A stretch of 64,000 nt of DNA, taken from assembly GCA_965198225.1 (NCBI GenBank), contig CBDAOY010000005.1:160001-224000 (forward strand), given 5' to 3'. The notes beneath the pieces were generated by a model. The model saw nothing but the letters and a program-made list of their open reading frames with translations, ran no database searches and had not been told where the DNA came from. The first letter of the stretch is position 1. Each line of letters begins with the position of its first letter. The position numbers were made by a program, and so were the translations under genes. The DNA comes from Terriglobia bacterium (GTDB lineage: Bacteria > Acidobacteriota > Terriglobia > 20CM-2-55-15). Shown piece after piece: positions 10,871 through 20,447 of this stretch.

Positions 10871-10996
10871 GTTCCGGCCAACCTGCTCGATGGGACGCGC
10901 GATGCCGTATCCGTGCCTCGGCCCGAACTGCTCCAACGTCTTGAGCCCCATCAGATCCAGAGTGCCCTTAAGAGTGGGTGATCGAATCTCCGTCAT
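10871..10996 (-). pseudogene. truncated PadR-family regulator (N-terminal ~40 aa only)
   Basis: LKGTLDLMGLKTL..GPRHGYGIARPIEQV; the expected GSLYPALHRL half is absent. Confidence 0.7.
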
Positions 10997-11139
10997 GGGG
11001 TCTCCGACAGGTGAGATGTAAAGGGGGGGTACTCGGCTTCCTGTGGGATGTCACGATGAAGACGTGACAGTCGTCGGCGTTAACGTTCAGGCTCCCCTGC
11101 AGTGGGAAACTACTCGCGAAGTGTGGTAAGAAGTAACGG

Positions 11140-11541
11140 ATGTCCGAACCTGGAGAAGCGAGCGGAGAAGCCCTTGGACGGCATCTCATTGCCGACATGA
11201 CGGGGTTGCCCACGGCCCTCCTGCGTGATGGCGATCGGATCATGCGTGCACTGAAGGAGGCACTGGCGCAGGCAGGCTTTCACTCCATCAAGAGCGTGGA
11301 GCATCATTTCGTCGAGCGGGGCCAGGGATTTACGGGAATGTTCCTTCTGGCGGAATCCCATGCCGCCGTTCACACCTATCCCGAGCGGAAATATCTCGCG
11401 CTGGACATCTTCGCTTGCGGCAGCATCGATCCTTCCTGCGTCATGGACGCGCTGGTTGCAGAACTGGGTCCTGAAGCAGTCGACGTGCGGACTTTGACCC
11501 GCACGCCTCGCGTCAACACTCCCGCAGACAGGGATACCTAG
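11140..11541 (+). CDS. speD: S-adenosylmethionine decarboxylase proenzyme
   Basis: GRHLIAD, HHF..QGFTG..LLAESH..VHTYPE (ES cleavage site), DIFACG. Confidence 0.88.
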   Translation: MSEPGEASGEALGRHLIADMTGLPTALLRDGDRIMRALKEALAQAGFHSIKSVEHHFVERGQGFTGMFLLAESHAAVHTYPERKYLALDIFACGSIDPSCVMDALVAELGPEAVDVRTLTRTPRVNTPADRDT

Positions 11542-11808
11542 TGGCCTGTAACAGAGATAGTGACAGCGTCGCCAATGGGCCTTGCGGGCCCTCTCCCTAG
11601 TCGTCGCAGATCGAAAAACATCGCCTGTTTCCGAGCTCCTCTGCGTGGCTGGCAAGGCCCATTGTCCCTTCGGGTTGCGGCGGAACAGCACCGTCTTCGT
11701 CGTCGCGCCTTCTCGCAATGAAGCAGCATTACCTCGGGCTGCGCTCCTAGAATCCGGCACCGTTGCGCTCGCAACGCCACTATCACTCTCTCTGTTACAG
11801 GCCACTAG
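11538..11808. mobile_element. MITE-like element with long imperfect TIRs, located at the speD stop codon
   Basis: CTAGTGGCCTGTAACAGAGA..AGTGA / TCACT..TCTCTGTTACAGGCCACTAG; internal block similar to the 18890 and 38002 elements. Confidence 0.75.
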
Positions 11809-11851
11809 CCCGGAAATGTTCGGGGTCGGGGGCCGGGGATTCGGCCCGCCG

Positions 11852-12850
11852 TCAGAAGGTCCACACGATCAGGACCGACGCACCGATGTAGCCGAACGCT
11901 TCGAGGAGGCCGGCACCGATGTTTGGATGTTCCTGCGTCTGCTCGTCGGCAAGCTTGACGCCGGGTGCCAGCAAGATGTCGGTGAACTTGTGGACGAGGA
12001 ACAACATGATGAAGCCAAACGTCACGTCGACGGCAAACAGGACCAGGCTATCGGTCCAGCCGGTGAAATCGCCGCCGATTGCCACACTGATGATATTGCC
12101 GAGACCGATGAGAGCCCCTCCGAACGCCAGGCCCACCGCGGCATTGTCTCGCTCCAGTTCTTCAAAAAAATTGTACGGGGTCACCAACTCGTAGAGTCGT
12201 CCGGCGATTACCAGCACCACCTGGGCGAGCAGCCAGAAAGCCATCAGGACAAGCATGCCCGAACCCACTGCGCCGAGCGTGCTCGCGGCGGCGGAAGCTT
12301 CCCCGGTATCGCCCTGAGTGGCTCGGAGAATAATCAGGCCGTTGGCGATGTATACACCGGCCTCGACAAACCCGACGCCGATGTTCCGATCTTCGACAAC
12401 CTCTTTGGTGTTGTTGAATGTCGGCAGAAGGATCTTCTCGCACATGAAGCTCGCCAGAAGCATGAGGATGATCGCGGAAAGACCGTAGATACCGATCATG
12501 ACCACGTCGGTGCCGAGACCCTGTGATTCGCCCGAAATCGCGCCGCCGAAAGCGATCAGGATTCCAAAGTAATAGCCGACCGTGGAGATTGCGAGTGCCT
12601 GGTTGTCCCGCGTGAAGAGTTCCGCATTCAACTCCACACGCCGATAGAGACCGGAATAAGCGAGCTTCGCGATCCAGAGGAGAACAAACGCCTCGAGGAT
12701 ATAAAAGAGGGATTCGCCGATCAGGTAGAGATTATCTACCAGAGAAACCTGAGCCGGCGGCGCGGCAGGGGTCTGCGCAAATCCTGGCCCAGCGAATACT
12801 GGGACGACTAACAGAAGTACGACAGCGAGAAAGACCGGCTGCTTAACCAT
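11852..12850 (-). CDS. DUF350 domain membrane protein (tandem DUF350)
   Basis: Four repeats of the EL..DN.A.G-type helix-start motif (ELFTRDNQALA, EVVEDRNIGVG, ELERDNAAVG, EQTQEHPNIGAG); polytopic. Confidence 0.8.
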   Translation of the reverse strand: MVKQPVFLAVVLLLVVPVFAGPGFAQTPAAPPAQVSLVDNLYLIGESLFYILEAFVLLWIAKLAYSGLYRRVELNAELFTRDNQALAISTVGYYFGILIAFGGAISGESQGLGTDVVMIGIYGLSAIILMLLASFMCEKILLPTFNNTKEVVEDRNIGVGFVEAGVYIANGLIILRATQGDTGEASAAASTLGAVGSGMLVLMAFWLLAQVVLVIAGRLYELVTPYNFFEELERDNAAVGLAFGGALIGLGNIISVAIGGDFTGWTDSLVLFAVDVTFGFIMLFLVHKFTDILLAPGVKLADEQTQEHPNIGAGLLEAFGYIGASVLIVWTF

Positions 12851-12883
12851 AATGAAACCCCTATCGCGTACGTCGGTCGCAGA

Positions 12884-13609
12884 TCATTTTCCCAGACTGC
12901 GCCCTCCCGAGCTTGCCCGACTGCGGGCTCTGGACTGGAAACGAGCCTGTTTGGCCTGATACCTCTGAGAGAACGATGGGCGCGTTCTGGCCGTCGCGGT
13001 ACCGTTCGCGCCGAAAGTGGGCCGACCTCCGGTCTGGGGGCCGTAATACGGCTGTCCGCGATTCCTCATGCCGACGTAGGTGCCGTGGTCCTGCCGGCTG
13101 ATCCGGTGCCCACCCAGCGCGGCTCTCATGAACGCGTACTGCCCGTAAAAGATCCAGAAACCGCCGGGACCAAAGTACCCGTATTGGCTACGACCCACAT
13201 TCTGATAGTAGGGAGGGTAGCTTTGGCCATAGCCGGTCAAGGTGCCATCCGCCGTCTTTGAAGCCACTACCATGCCGATGGATCGTTCATAGCGGCTCGC
13301 CAACCTGTCGGAGATCGAATAGGTGTCCACCCGTTCATCAAACTGGGCGGCTTCTCCCTCGTCGGGGTTCTCACCGATCGGCTCGGTGACCAGGAAACTG
13401 CTCTTGAGCGTCATGGAGTTCCGCAGAAATCCGTCGTCGACATCGTCCACGACGATCGAATACTCGGAATACTGTGCAAGCTCCCGTACCAACTCTGGAA
13501 CGGGGTCACTGCTCGAGAGAAAGCCGCCGGCCAGCCAGAATCCCAGCACTATCACGACCACAACCGCCGCTACCTGGATTCCGCGTCGCTCGTTTGTCTG
13601 CCCGGACAT
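12884..13609 (-). CDS. conserved hypothetical single-TM protein with Arg/Gly/Ser-rich tail
   Basis: N-terminal TM, YSIVVDD, PPYYQNVG..YG, FW.FYGQYAFM, ends RSRASSGGRSLGK; co-oriented between DUF4178 and DUF350. Confidence 0.8.
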   Translation of the reverse strand: MSGQTNERRGIQVAAVVVVIVLGFWLAGGFLSSSDPVPELVRELAQYSEYSIVVDDVDDGFLRNSMTLKSSFLVTEPIGENPDEGEAAQFDERVDTYSISDRLASRYERSIGMVVASKTADGTLTGYGQSYPPYYQNVGRSQYGYFGPGGFWIFYGQYAFMRAALGGHRISRQDHGTYVGMRNRGQPYYGPQTGGRPTFGANGTATARTRPSFSQRYQAKQARFQSRARSRASSGGRSLGK

Positions 13610-13647
13610 TCCTAGACTCCTTCGATCATCTCTGTTCCCGGTAGTTC

Positions 13648-14199
13648 CTACGCGTTCCCGCTCGGCAGGATGTTGTTGAACTGATACTCTTCAACGTATT
13701 CGCCGGCGACCGACTTGAAATCCCTTTCTCCGTACTGCGTGACGAACAGCACATTTCTTCCTGAATCGTCACAGTAAGCCCAACTGATGAACTCCCTACC
13801 CGGGCCCCTGGCGTCTTCATGGAACAAACCCGCGCCGGTTTCCATCAGCCTATAGCTCCGCCCGTTGTGGGTCAAGTTTTGGGGCGGATCCTCATGTCGG
13901 CGGGTATGTTCCACGACGTCCTCGGAGATCTGACCGATGGAAATACTTTCTGTCAGCGTCCAGGTAACCTCCCCCTCACTATCAGCCCGCTCCAGGTAGA
14001 CGACCTTGTCGGAGGTCTCGATCACCCATTCTTTGGTCTCGAAGCCGGAATAGTCGTAGGTGTTGTACCCGGTGACCTCCCATGTCTTCATATCGTAGTC
14101 GACCAGGTATCCGACCTTCATGGCGCCCAGCTCGAAGTCCACCAGCGGGTCGGATTCCGCTTCGTCTCGCCCCCGGCCCAACCATTTCTTCCATCCCAT
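13648..14199 (-). CDS. DUF4178 domain protein
   Basis: Two repeated beta units (VGYLVDYDMKTWEV..EW; LTHNGRSY.L.E.G..WAY); typical neighbourhood. Confidence 0.75.
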   Translation of the reverse strand: MGWKKWLGRGRDEAESDPLVDFELGAMKVGYLVDYDMKTWEVTGYNTYDYSGFETKEWVIETSDKVVYLERADSEGEVTWTLTESISIGQISEDVVEHTRRHEDPPQNLTHNGRSYRLMETGAGLFHEDARGPGREFISWAYCDDSGRNVLFVTQYGERDFKSVAGEYVEEYQFNNILPSGNA

Positions 14200-14214
14200 C
14201 GTTCATTCCCCCAA

Positions 14215-14422
14215 AGCCCGCATTTCTCACCAGTTGTCTGCTGCAGCGCCGGATCCATCCGTCATGACTGCGTTGCGCTTGGTCGGGCCCCTCAACGTAC
14301 AGTAAAGTACGCCTCGGTCGCCCTCCCGGCGCGCGCCTTGTCCTGGCGGCGTCGACATCAAACCGGGCCACAAAGTGGCCCGGCGGGCTTCGCGACGACA
14401 ACCGGTGAGAAATGCGGGCTAG
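14215..14422. mobile_element. MITE-like element (~206 bp) inside operon spacer
   Basis: AGCCCGCATTTCTCACCAGTTGTC / GACAACCGGTGAGAAATGCGGGCT(AG) 24-bp TIR with 1 mismatch. Confidence 0.75.
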
Positions 14423-14433
14423 AGCATATCGGA

Positions 14434-16026
14434 CTACCATCGAGCGAAATCTTCGCGATAATACCCCGCGAGAGTCGGCCGTTCCAAGGTATTGGGCTCG
14501 ACTTCGATCCGGGCCATGTCCGCATCAAAATCGAGCCTGGACAAGAACAGCTCCTTGTTCAGGTAACGGAGCCCGGGTATGAACTCAATGCTACGGGGAT
14601 CGATCGGCTCCTCTGACCCGAGATGAAAGCCCCACTCGCCGAAGGAAGGTACGTAGGCGTGAAAAGAGAGCACCTCGAAATCCGCTTCTTCCATCGATTC
14701 GCCGATACACCAGTAGGCCCGGCGCGCGTAGTAGGGGCTCGTCGCCTGGGTAAGCACCACTCCTCCGGGAGCCAGATGCCGTCGAATCAGCCGGTACGCT
14801 TCGACCGAGAACAGTTTTGAGATCGCCTCTTCTCGCGGATCCGGCAGGTCGATTATCACGACCGAATAGGGTTCGTGTTCCCTCTGCAGAAAAGTAAAGC
14901 CGTCCTCGTTAGTCACCCGCACCTGCGGGTGGCTCAGGGCGTTCCGGTTCAGGTCCGTAAAATAAAGATTACGCCTGGCCAGGGTCGTCATCGTCGGATC
15001 GAGGTCCACGAGCTCGATCTCTTCCACATCGGAATACCGGAGTATCTCACGAACAGCAAGACCGTCACCGCCGCCGATGACGAGAACTCGCGCTCGGTTC
15101 CGCGACAACGCCATTGCGGGGTGGACCAGCGCTTCGTGATACCGGTATTCGTCGACCGAGGAGAACTGCAGACGCCCGTTCAAAAAGAGTCGTGTCTCGT
15201 CCTTCCAACGCGTAACTACGATCTGCTGATACTCGGTCTGCCTGCTGAAAACCACCTGGCCTTCGTAGAGGGAATCTTCCCACCGCTCCATCAAGGGATC
15301 GGCTTGAATGGCGAACACGACCAATACACCGGAAACCAGGACGCCCTGAAGGAAGAGTCTTTCCCGGTCCCTGGCCGATAGCTGGGACCACACCGCCAGA
15401 AGAATGGCCGAACCGGCAAGAACGTTGAGGGCGCCGGCGACGAGTGATGTATAAAACGCTCCAAGAACCGGCAAACAGAAAAACGGGAAGAGAACAGCCG
15501 CGACTAAAGCACCGACGTAATCGAGGGAAAGCACATTCGACAGGATCGTCCTTAACGATCCGTGTCTTCTCAGGATCCGTGTCAGGAGGGGGATTTCCAG
15601 CCCGATCAAAGTGCCGATGATCAGGATGATGACGAGCATCAGGTACTGGTAGACGTCGGTGTAGGCGTAGGCGAGGTACAGCGCGGGGACTGTCAAACCA
15701 CCGAACAACCCGAGCCAGATTTCCAGTGCCACCAGCCGCCGGATCAATCTGCCATGAACGCCCCGCGACACCCACGAACCCAGGCCCATCGCGAAAAGAA
15801 AGAAGCCGATCGTCAGGGAGTATTGCTCGACGCTGTTCCCCAGGAAATACGAGGAGATACTTCCGACCAGCAGCTCGTAGACGATTCCGCACGCAGCTGC
15901 AACAAAAACCGATGCGAGTATCAGGAACAAGCCCAGCCTCGAGATCCTTACCTCGTCGGGCCCGATCTCCCTGCTCTCTACGTCGTCGGACGCGAGATCG
16001 TCGTCACGTGCATTACTGAAGCTCAT
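14434..16026 (-). CDS. speE: membrane-anchored polyamine aminopropyltransferase (spermidine synthase-like)
   Basis: N-terminal TM domain (ACGIVYELL, LIGLEIPLL, LDYVGAL), then LQFSSVDEYRYHE, VLVIGGGDG, IIDLPDP, VPSFGEWGF; ATG 16026 overlaps upstream stop (ATGA). Confidence 0.9.
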   Translation of the reverse strand: MSFSNARDDDLASDDVESREIGPDEVRISRLGLFLILASVFVAAACGIVYELLVGSISSYFLGNSVEQYSLTIGFFLFAMGLGSWVSRGVHGRLIRRLVALEIWLGLFGGLTVPALYLAYAYTDVYQYLMLVIILIIGTLIGLEIPLLTRILRRHGSLRTILSNVLSLDYVGALVAAVLFPFFCLPVLGAFYTSLVAGALNVLAGSAILLAVWSQLSARDRERLFLQGVLVSGVLVVFAIQADPLMERWEDSLYEGQVVFSRQTEYQQIVVTRWKDETRLFLNGRLQFSSVDEYRYHEALVHPAMALSRNRARVLVIGGGDGLAVREILRYSDVEEIELVDLDPTMTTLARRNLYFTDLNRNALSHPQVRVTNEDGFTFLQREHEPYSVVIIDLPDPREEAISKLFSVEAYRLIRRHLAPGGVVLTQATSPYYARRAYWCIGESMEEADFEVLSFHAYVPSFGEWGFHLGSEEPIDPRSIEFIPGLRYLNKELFLSRLDFDADMARIEVEPNTLERPTLAGYYREDFARW

Positions 16027-17720
16027 TGGACTGTGGCCGTCTCTCCGGACAGACCATTGATTGATGTTTCGAACGTCCTGCCAAGGCGCTCCAGGACCTG
16101 TTCGGCCGCCCGGATGCCTGAAAAACACGCTTCTTCGAACAGCGGCAGCCCAGTCGTGTCACAGGAGGCGAAATAAACGTTCCCGAAAGGCTCGCTCCGA
16201 ACGGCGCTTTCGCGTCCCCATATGAGGCCCGGGCTCGGTCGGATCATGGCGTGACCCCACCGATAGACGTCGATTCGACTGACGTTACGCTCCAGGTCCG
16301 GATGGGCCACAAGCAGATCCTGCATGATCACGTTCACCCAGTAAGCATGTTCTTCTTCCAGGAGCTTCTGGCGAGCGAGGTCGAGCTCCTCGACGAACGG
16401 GAGATAGTAAACCAGGACCGATGGATTGTCCTTGTAGACCTTTCGGGTTTGATGATCAGCGACAATGTAGCCCAGGGATCGGCTGCCGTAGAGTACGTTG
16501 TCCCACGCGATCGAGACTTCCGCGTTCTTGGGCAGCTCGCTCACGTGGACACTGGCGGTCAGCCAGGGGCTGTAGTCGCAGGATTCGATCGCTTCGACCT
16601 GAGGCCCGGGCAATCCATCGACCAGGAAAGGCGCCGTATGGAGCTTAGAGGCATAGATCACGGTGCGGGCCGAAAGACTGCGATAGGTCTCACTGGGGGT
16701 GTCGAAGTAACCGACCCGAACGCCGGGATCATCGTTGTCGATCCGGAGCACGGCGCATCCCAGCCGGCACTGCGAATCCGCCAGGTCTTTAGACAAGCGT
16801 TGGACGAGAAACCCGTTCCCCGCGGGCCATGTCAAGGTGTCGGAAGGGTACTCGTTCTGCAGCCGCCGGTCGTAGTATCGGCAGGCGAAATAGTGAATGC
16901 CGGCCCAGGCCGACACGGTCGCCATCGTGCCTCCGTAATCGTCCCTGCAAGCGTAATTGATCATCCAATCCAACCGCGGCGAATCCAATCCTTTGGAGCG
17001 GACGTAAGTTTCCATCGAAATGTCGTCGAGTTGACGAACCCGGGAGTCGGTGGTGCTGTAGCTGAGAGGGAGGACGAATGCGCGCCGGCCGTCGTAGCCG
17101 CGGTAAAGCGTCCAGGCCAGCATGTCGTCCTCGAAGGCAAGGATGGCTTCCCTTTCCTCGGTTGAGGCCCCGCTCAGCAGATCCCATTCGATCCACCTTC
17201 CGTCCATGAAGAGACGCTCCGCGGGCCATCGCAGGATATGCTGTTCGGGAATCCTCGGCCGTCCGTCCTCGTCGTAGCCTTCGATTATTCCGAGGTCGGA
17301 CAGGACTTCTTTGACGCAATCCGCTTCCGCGGGCGGAACATTGATGTAGTGTGCCGCCCAGGGGAATTCGGTGCCCTCTGCGCGCCCGGAGGCGGCGGTG
17401 CCTCCAAGCCAGGGCTCCAGTTCGAGCAGGATGAAGTCGTCCAGTCCGGCCTTCTTCAGCTTCCACGCGGCGCACAGCCCCGAAACGCCTCCTCCAACGA
17501 TGGCGACGTCGTAGGTGTGAGCTTCAGGGTCGGAAAACTGATCGCGGGCACGAGGTTCGCGAAGAAGATGCCCCACCTGCTGGTTTCCGCCCACGATTCT
17601 CCCCGGGACGTCGAAGGTCCTGGGAAGCGAAGTGCCTGAATTCCAGCACGAAGGGACGACCGCCAGAAGGCCGCTGGTCGCGGAGAGGCGAAGGAACTCC
17701 CGGCGTGTGAAGGACGACAT
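16023..17720 (-). CDS. FAD-dependent oxidoreductase (amine-oxidase-like) with Tat signal and lipobox
   Basis: SFTRREFL, LLAVVPSC, VAIVGGGVSGL, WAAHY, YACRDDYG, SAWAGIHYF, RWGHAM, LFEEA. Confidence 0.87.
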   Translation of the reverse strand: MSSFTRREFLRLSATSGLLAVVPSCWNSGTSLPRTFDVPGRIVGGNQQVGHLLREPRARDQFSDPEAHTYDVAIVGGGVSGLCAAWKLKKAGLDDFILLELEPWLGGTAASGRAEGTEFPWAAHYINVPPAEADCVKEVLSDLGIIEGYDEDGRPRIPEQHILRWPAERLFMDGRWIEWDLLSGASTEEREAILAFEDDMLAWTLYRGYDGRRAFVLPLSYSTTDSRVRQLDDISMETYVRSKGLDSPRLDWMINYACRDDYGGTMATVSAWAGIHYFACRYYDRRLQNEYPSDTLTWPAGNGFLVQRLSKDLADSQCRLGCAVLRIDNDDPGVRVGYFDTPSETYRSLSARTVIYASKLHTAPFLVDGLPGPQVEAIESCDYSPWLTASVHVSELPKNAEVSIAWDNVLYGSRSLGYIVADHQTRKVYKDNPSVLVYYLPFVEELDLARQKLLEEEHAYWVNVIMQDLLVAHPDLERNVSRIDVYRWGHAMIRPSPGLIWGRESAVRSEPFGNVYFASCDTTGLPLFEEACFSGIRAAEQVLERLGRTFETSINGLSGETATVQ

Positions 17721-17812
17721 TCCTGGATGATATCCCGCCTGTTTGAATCTTGCTTCAAACAATTCCCGAAGCCACTTCACAGGGCTGCGTTCTGGGAGCA
17801 AAATACTTCGGT

Positions 17813-18967
17813 ATGCGCTCTCGCTGGATTGCATCGGCCTGTTTCGACCTCGGGCTCATCATCGGGCCGCCGGTCGCCGCCGTGGTTCTGGTGCTGGCTC
17901 TGCCGGCCATGCGGTCCCAGGAAACTCCGGTCTGGGGCTGGGTGCTGTTCGTTGTCTTCATAGACGTGGCGCATGTCTACGCATCGCTGTATCGGACCTA
18001 TTTTCAGCCTGACGAATTCGCCCGCAGGAGACTCTTCTACCTGGCGACACCTCTGGCGTGCTTTCTGGGAGGCGTCGCGCTCTACAGCCTCGGCGACCAG
18101 GTGTTCTGGAGGGTGCTTGCCTACGTCGCCGTCTTTCATTTCGTCCGTCAGCAGTATGGCTTCATGATGGTTTACCGCCACCGCGCGGGTGAGCACTCCC
18201 GGAGCGAAGCGCTGGTGGACAAGTGCGCTATCTACGCGACCATGGTCTACCCCCTGGTGTTTTGGCACCGGGATCCGTCATCGCGAAACTTTCAGTGGTT
18301 CGTCGAAGGGGATTTCATCCAGCTGCCAGATTGGATCGCAACCTGGGCCGTGGTGTTCTATACGGCATCACTGCTTTTCTTCGCGGCCCGCCAGGTACAG
18401 GTTTTCGCCCTCAGGGGCACCGTCAACTGGGGCAAGATCGGCATCGTGGGCTCCACCGCGGCTGTCTGGTATGTGGGTATCGCTTTCCTGAATTCCGATT
18501 TTGCGTTCACCGTGACGAACGTTGTCGCGCACGGAGTCCCGTACATGGCCCTGGTGTGGCTCTACGGTCGCCGTCGCTGGGCCGGCAACCCTTCCTGGCG
18601 TGGGACGATTCATCGTCCGGTAGGCGTCGGTTTGTTCGTCGGCCTCCTGCTCGCGCTCGCCTACGCGGAGGAGGGCCTGTGGGAGCTCTTCGTCTGGCAG
18701 GAGCACGCCGAAGTTTTCCTGGGAATGGCCTTGAATTTCGAAGTGCCTTCCATGGCTCTGACCATACTCGTGCCCCTGCTCACCGTTCCGCAGGCGACAC
18801 ACTACATCCTCGACGCCAAGATCTGGAAGTTTGACGGTTCGAATCCGAACCTCCGTTACTATCTTTTCCTCGAGGGCGAGGCGCCCAAGCAGCCCGTGGC
18901 AGAACTCTGCAGGGTCGCACGCAGGGGTCTTCGGGTTGCAGGCGCGAAGCGAGGAGCGGAGCGATGA
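17813..18967 (+). CDS. polytopic membrane protein with conserved His motifs; C-terminus altered by MITE insertion
   Basis: DVAHVYASLYRTY, FHFVRQQYG, AHGVPY, QATHYILD; last ~25 codons run into the MITE. Confidence 0.8.
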   Translation: MRSRWIASACFDLGLIIGPPVAAVVLVLALPAMRSQETPVWGWVLFVVFIDVAHVYASLYRTYFQPDEFARRRLFYLATPLACFLGGVALYSLGDQVFWRVLAYVAVFHFVRQQYGFMMVYRHRAGEHSRSEALVDKCAIYATMVYPLVFWHRDPSSRNFQWFVEGDFIQLPDWIATWAVVFYTASLLFFAARQVQVFALRGTVNWGKIGIVGSTAAVWYVGIAFLNSDFAFTVTNVVAHGVPYMALVWLYGRRRWAGNPSWRGTIHRPVGVGLFVGLLLALAYAEEGLWELFVWQEHAEVFLGMALNFEVPSMALTILVPLLTVPQATHYILDAKIWKFDGSNPNLRYYLFLEGEAPKQPVAELCRVARRGLRVAGAKRGAER

Positions 18968-19162
18968 TCATTCATCGTGACCGACGAGCGACGAAGCCTG
19001 CGGCCCGACCCCCCCTGCGCCCTTCGGGTTACGGCGAAACGGGGCCGTCTCCGTTGTCGCCGACTCCTCCCAATGAATGAGCATTGTTTCGTCCTCGCCT
19101 CCTAGAATCCGGCCCCGTTTGGCCGTAACGCGGCCCTGTAGAGTTCTGCCACGGGCTGCTAG
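18890..19162. mobile_element. MITE-like element, 273 bp, copy 1
   Basis: CAGCCCGTGGCAGAACTCTGCAGGG / CCCTGTAGAGTTCTGCCACGGGCTGCTAG TIRs; near-identical copy at 38002-38274. Confidence 0.88.
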
Positions 19163-19326
19163 GCGGGCTCGGAGTCGGCGGCCGGGAGTCGATAGGCGAG
19201 CCAAACTCGCCGGGCGAGATTCGGTCGGGAGTCTTCCGGGCGACAACGGTGTCGATCAGCTGATCTGGGTACACTAACCTTGCTGGTGCCCGGCGAATCC
19301 GCTCTCAGTCTGAGAAGGCTGGTAGC

Positions 19327-20028
19327 TCAGATGCCCATTTTCTTCTTGAGCTCCGCCAGCGAGTCGCTGGTCTCGGTCGAGCCGGGCGCTGCAAGGGTTC
19401 TGTCTATCTCCTCGTCCAGGGTTACGCTCGCGTCCGTCATTTCCCCGTAGGCTTCGGCAAGCGACTCCTCCTCCATGACTTTGTCCTTCATCTTTTCCAG
19501 CATCGCGATCGTACCGGTGGAGTCGGCGTTCGACATCTGCTGGTTGATTTTCCGCATCGAACTGGCGGTCCTGGCGCGTGCTCTCAAGGTGACCAGTTCG
19601 GTCTCGTAGCGGCTGATCGTTTCCTTCAGCGTCTGTACCTTTGCCTGAAGCTGATCCCCCATGCCTTTCTGCTGCTCGTGATCCTTCTTCAACGTGCCTG
19701 CGCGTTGAAGAGCCTCTTCCTTCTTGTGCAAAGCCTCGGTCGCCAGACGTTCCGCTTCAGCTTCCTGCAGATCCCCGCTTTTCATTTTCTGGAGAAGAAG
19801 CATCGCTTTTCTCTCGTAATCTTTCCCGAGTTTTTTCTGGTCGTCCGAGTCTTTCTTGAGACGAATCGCGATCGCTTTGACCTGCGCCAGACTCTGCATG
19901 GCACCCTGCAGGTCTTTCTTCAGGTCGCGAATTCCCTGCTCGGTCAGCTTGATCGGGTCCTCGAGCTTATCCACCACAGAATGGGCCTGGGACTGCACGT
20001 TCTTGAAAATTCTTTGAAAAAAACTCAT
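19327..20028 (-). CDS. pspA: PspA/IM30 (ESCRT-III-like) family protein
   Basis: MSFFQRI...DKLEDPIKLTEQ.IRDL, long coiled coil, LEKMKDKV.EEE..AEA, LAELKKKMG. Confidence 0.9.
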   Translation of the reverse strand: MSFFQRIFKNVQSQAHSVVDKLEDPIKLTEQGIRDLKKDLQGAMQSLAQVKAIAIRLKKDSDDQKKLGKDYERKAMLLLQKMKSGDLQEAEAERLATEALHKKEEALQRAGTLKKDHEQQKGMGDQLQAKVQTLKETISRYETELVTLRARARTASSMRKINQQMSNADSTGTIAMLEKMKDKVMEEESLAEAYGEMTDASVTLDEEIDRTLAAPGSTETSDSLAELKKKMGI

Positions 20029-20046
20029 TTGTCAGCTCCCCTCCAG

Positions 20047-20445
20047 CTATCGGTGACTGAATTCCACCAACTCTGCGCCGTTTTCGGCCAGGGCAAGCTC
20101 CAGCGCCCGAATGGAGCCTTCCAATTCGTTACGATCCAGGTTTTCCAGTTGCAAAGTGTCGCGGAAAAGTACCCGGCGACCTTCCTCGTCGTCGAGGACA
20201 AACGCTCCATGGACCATCGTTCGGTTCATCTGAAGGAGGCGTTTGAAGAAATCTCCAGCATCATTGGGGACATCCATGATGAGCTGTTCGAGGATGACGA
20301 TCGGTGGCTCGCAGTCAATGATGAGGTTTCGAATTCCATTCTCCTCATCCTCCACGACGACCAATTCCTCGGCCTCATCCTCGCTGACGATCTTCAGATC
20401 GATATCGAGCAGATAGCCCTTGACCAGATCTAGGTTCTCGGACAT
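20047..20445 (-). CDS. YbjN/CesT-Tir chaperone-like protein
   Basis: Acidic 132 aa; LLQMNRTMVHGAFVLD..FRDTLQLENLD..EL; directly upstream of pspA. Confidence 0.75.
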   Translation of the reverse strand: MSENLDLVKGYLLDIDLKIVSEDEAEELVVVEDEENGIRNLIIDCEPPIVILEQLIMDVPNDAGDFFKRLLQMNRTMVHGAFVLDDEEGRRVLFRDTLQLENLDRNELEGSIRALELALAENGAELVEFSHR

Positions 20446-20447
20446 GT

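Noticed and set aside
18968-19274. ORFs shared between 18968-19274, 38080-38482 and 11538-11805
   Set aside because: Translations of the MITE repeat; no transposase motifs, and starts and ends are not conserved
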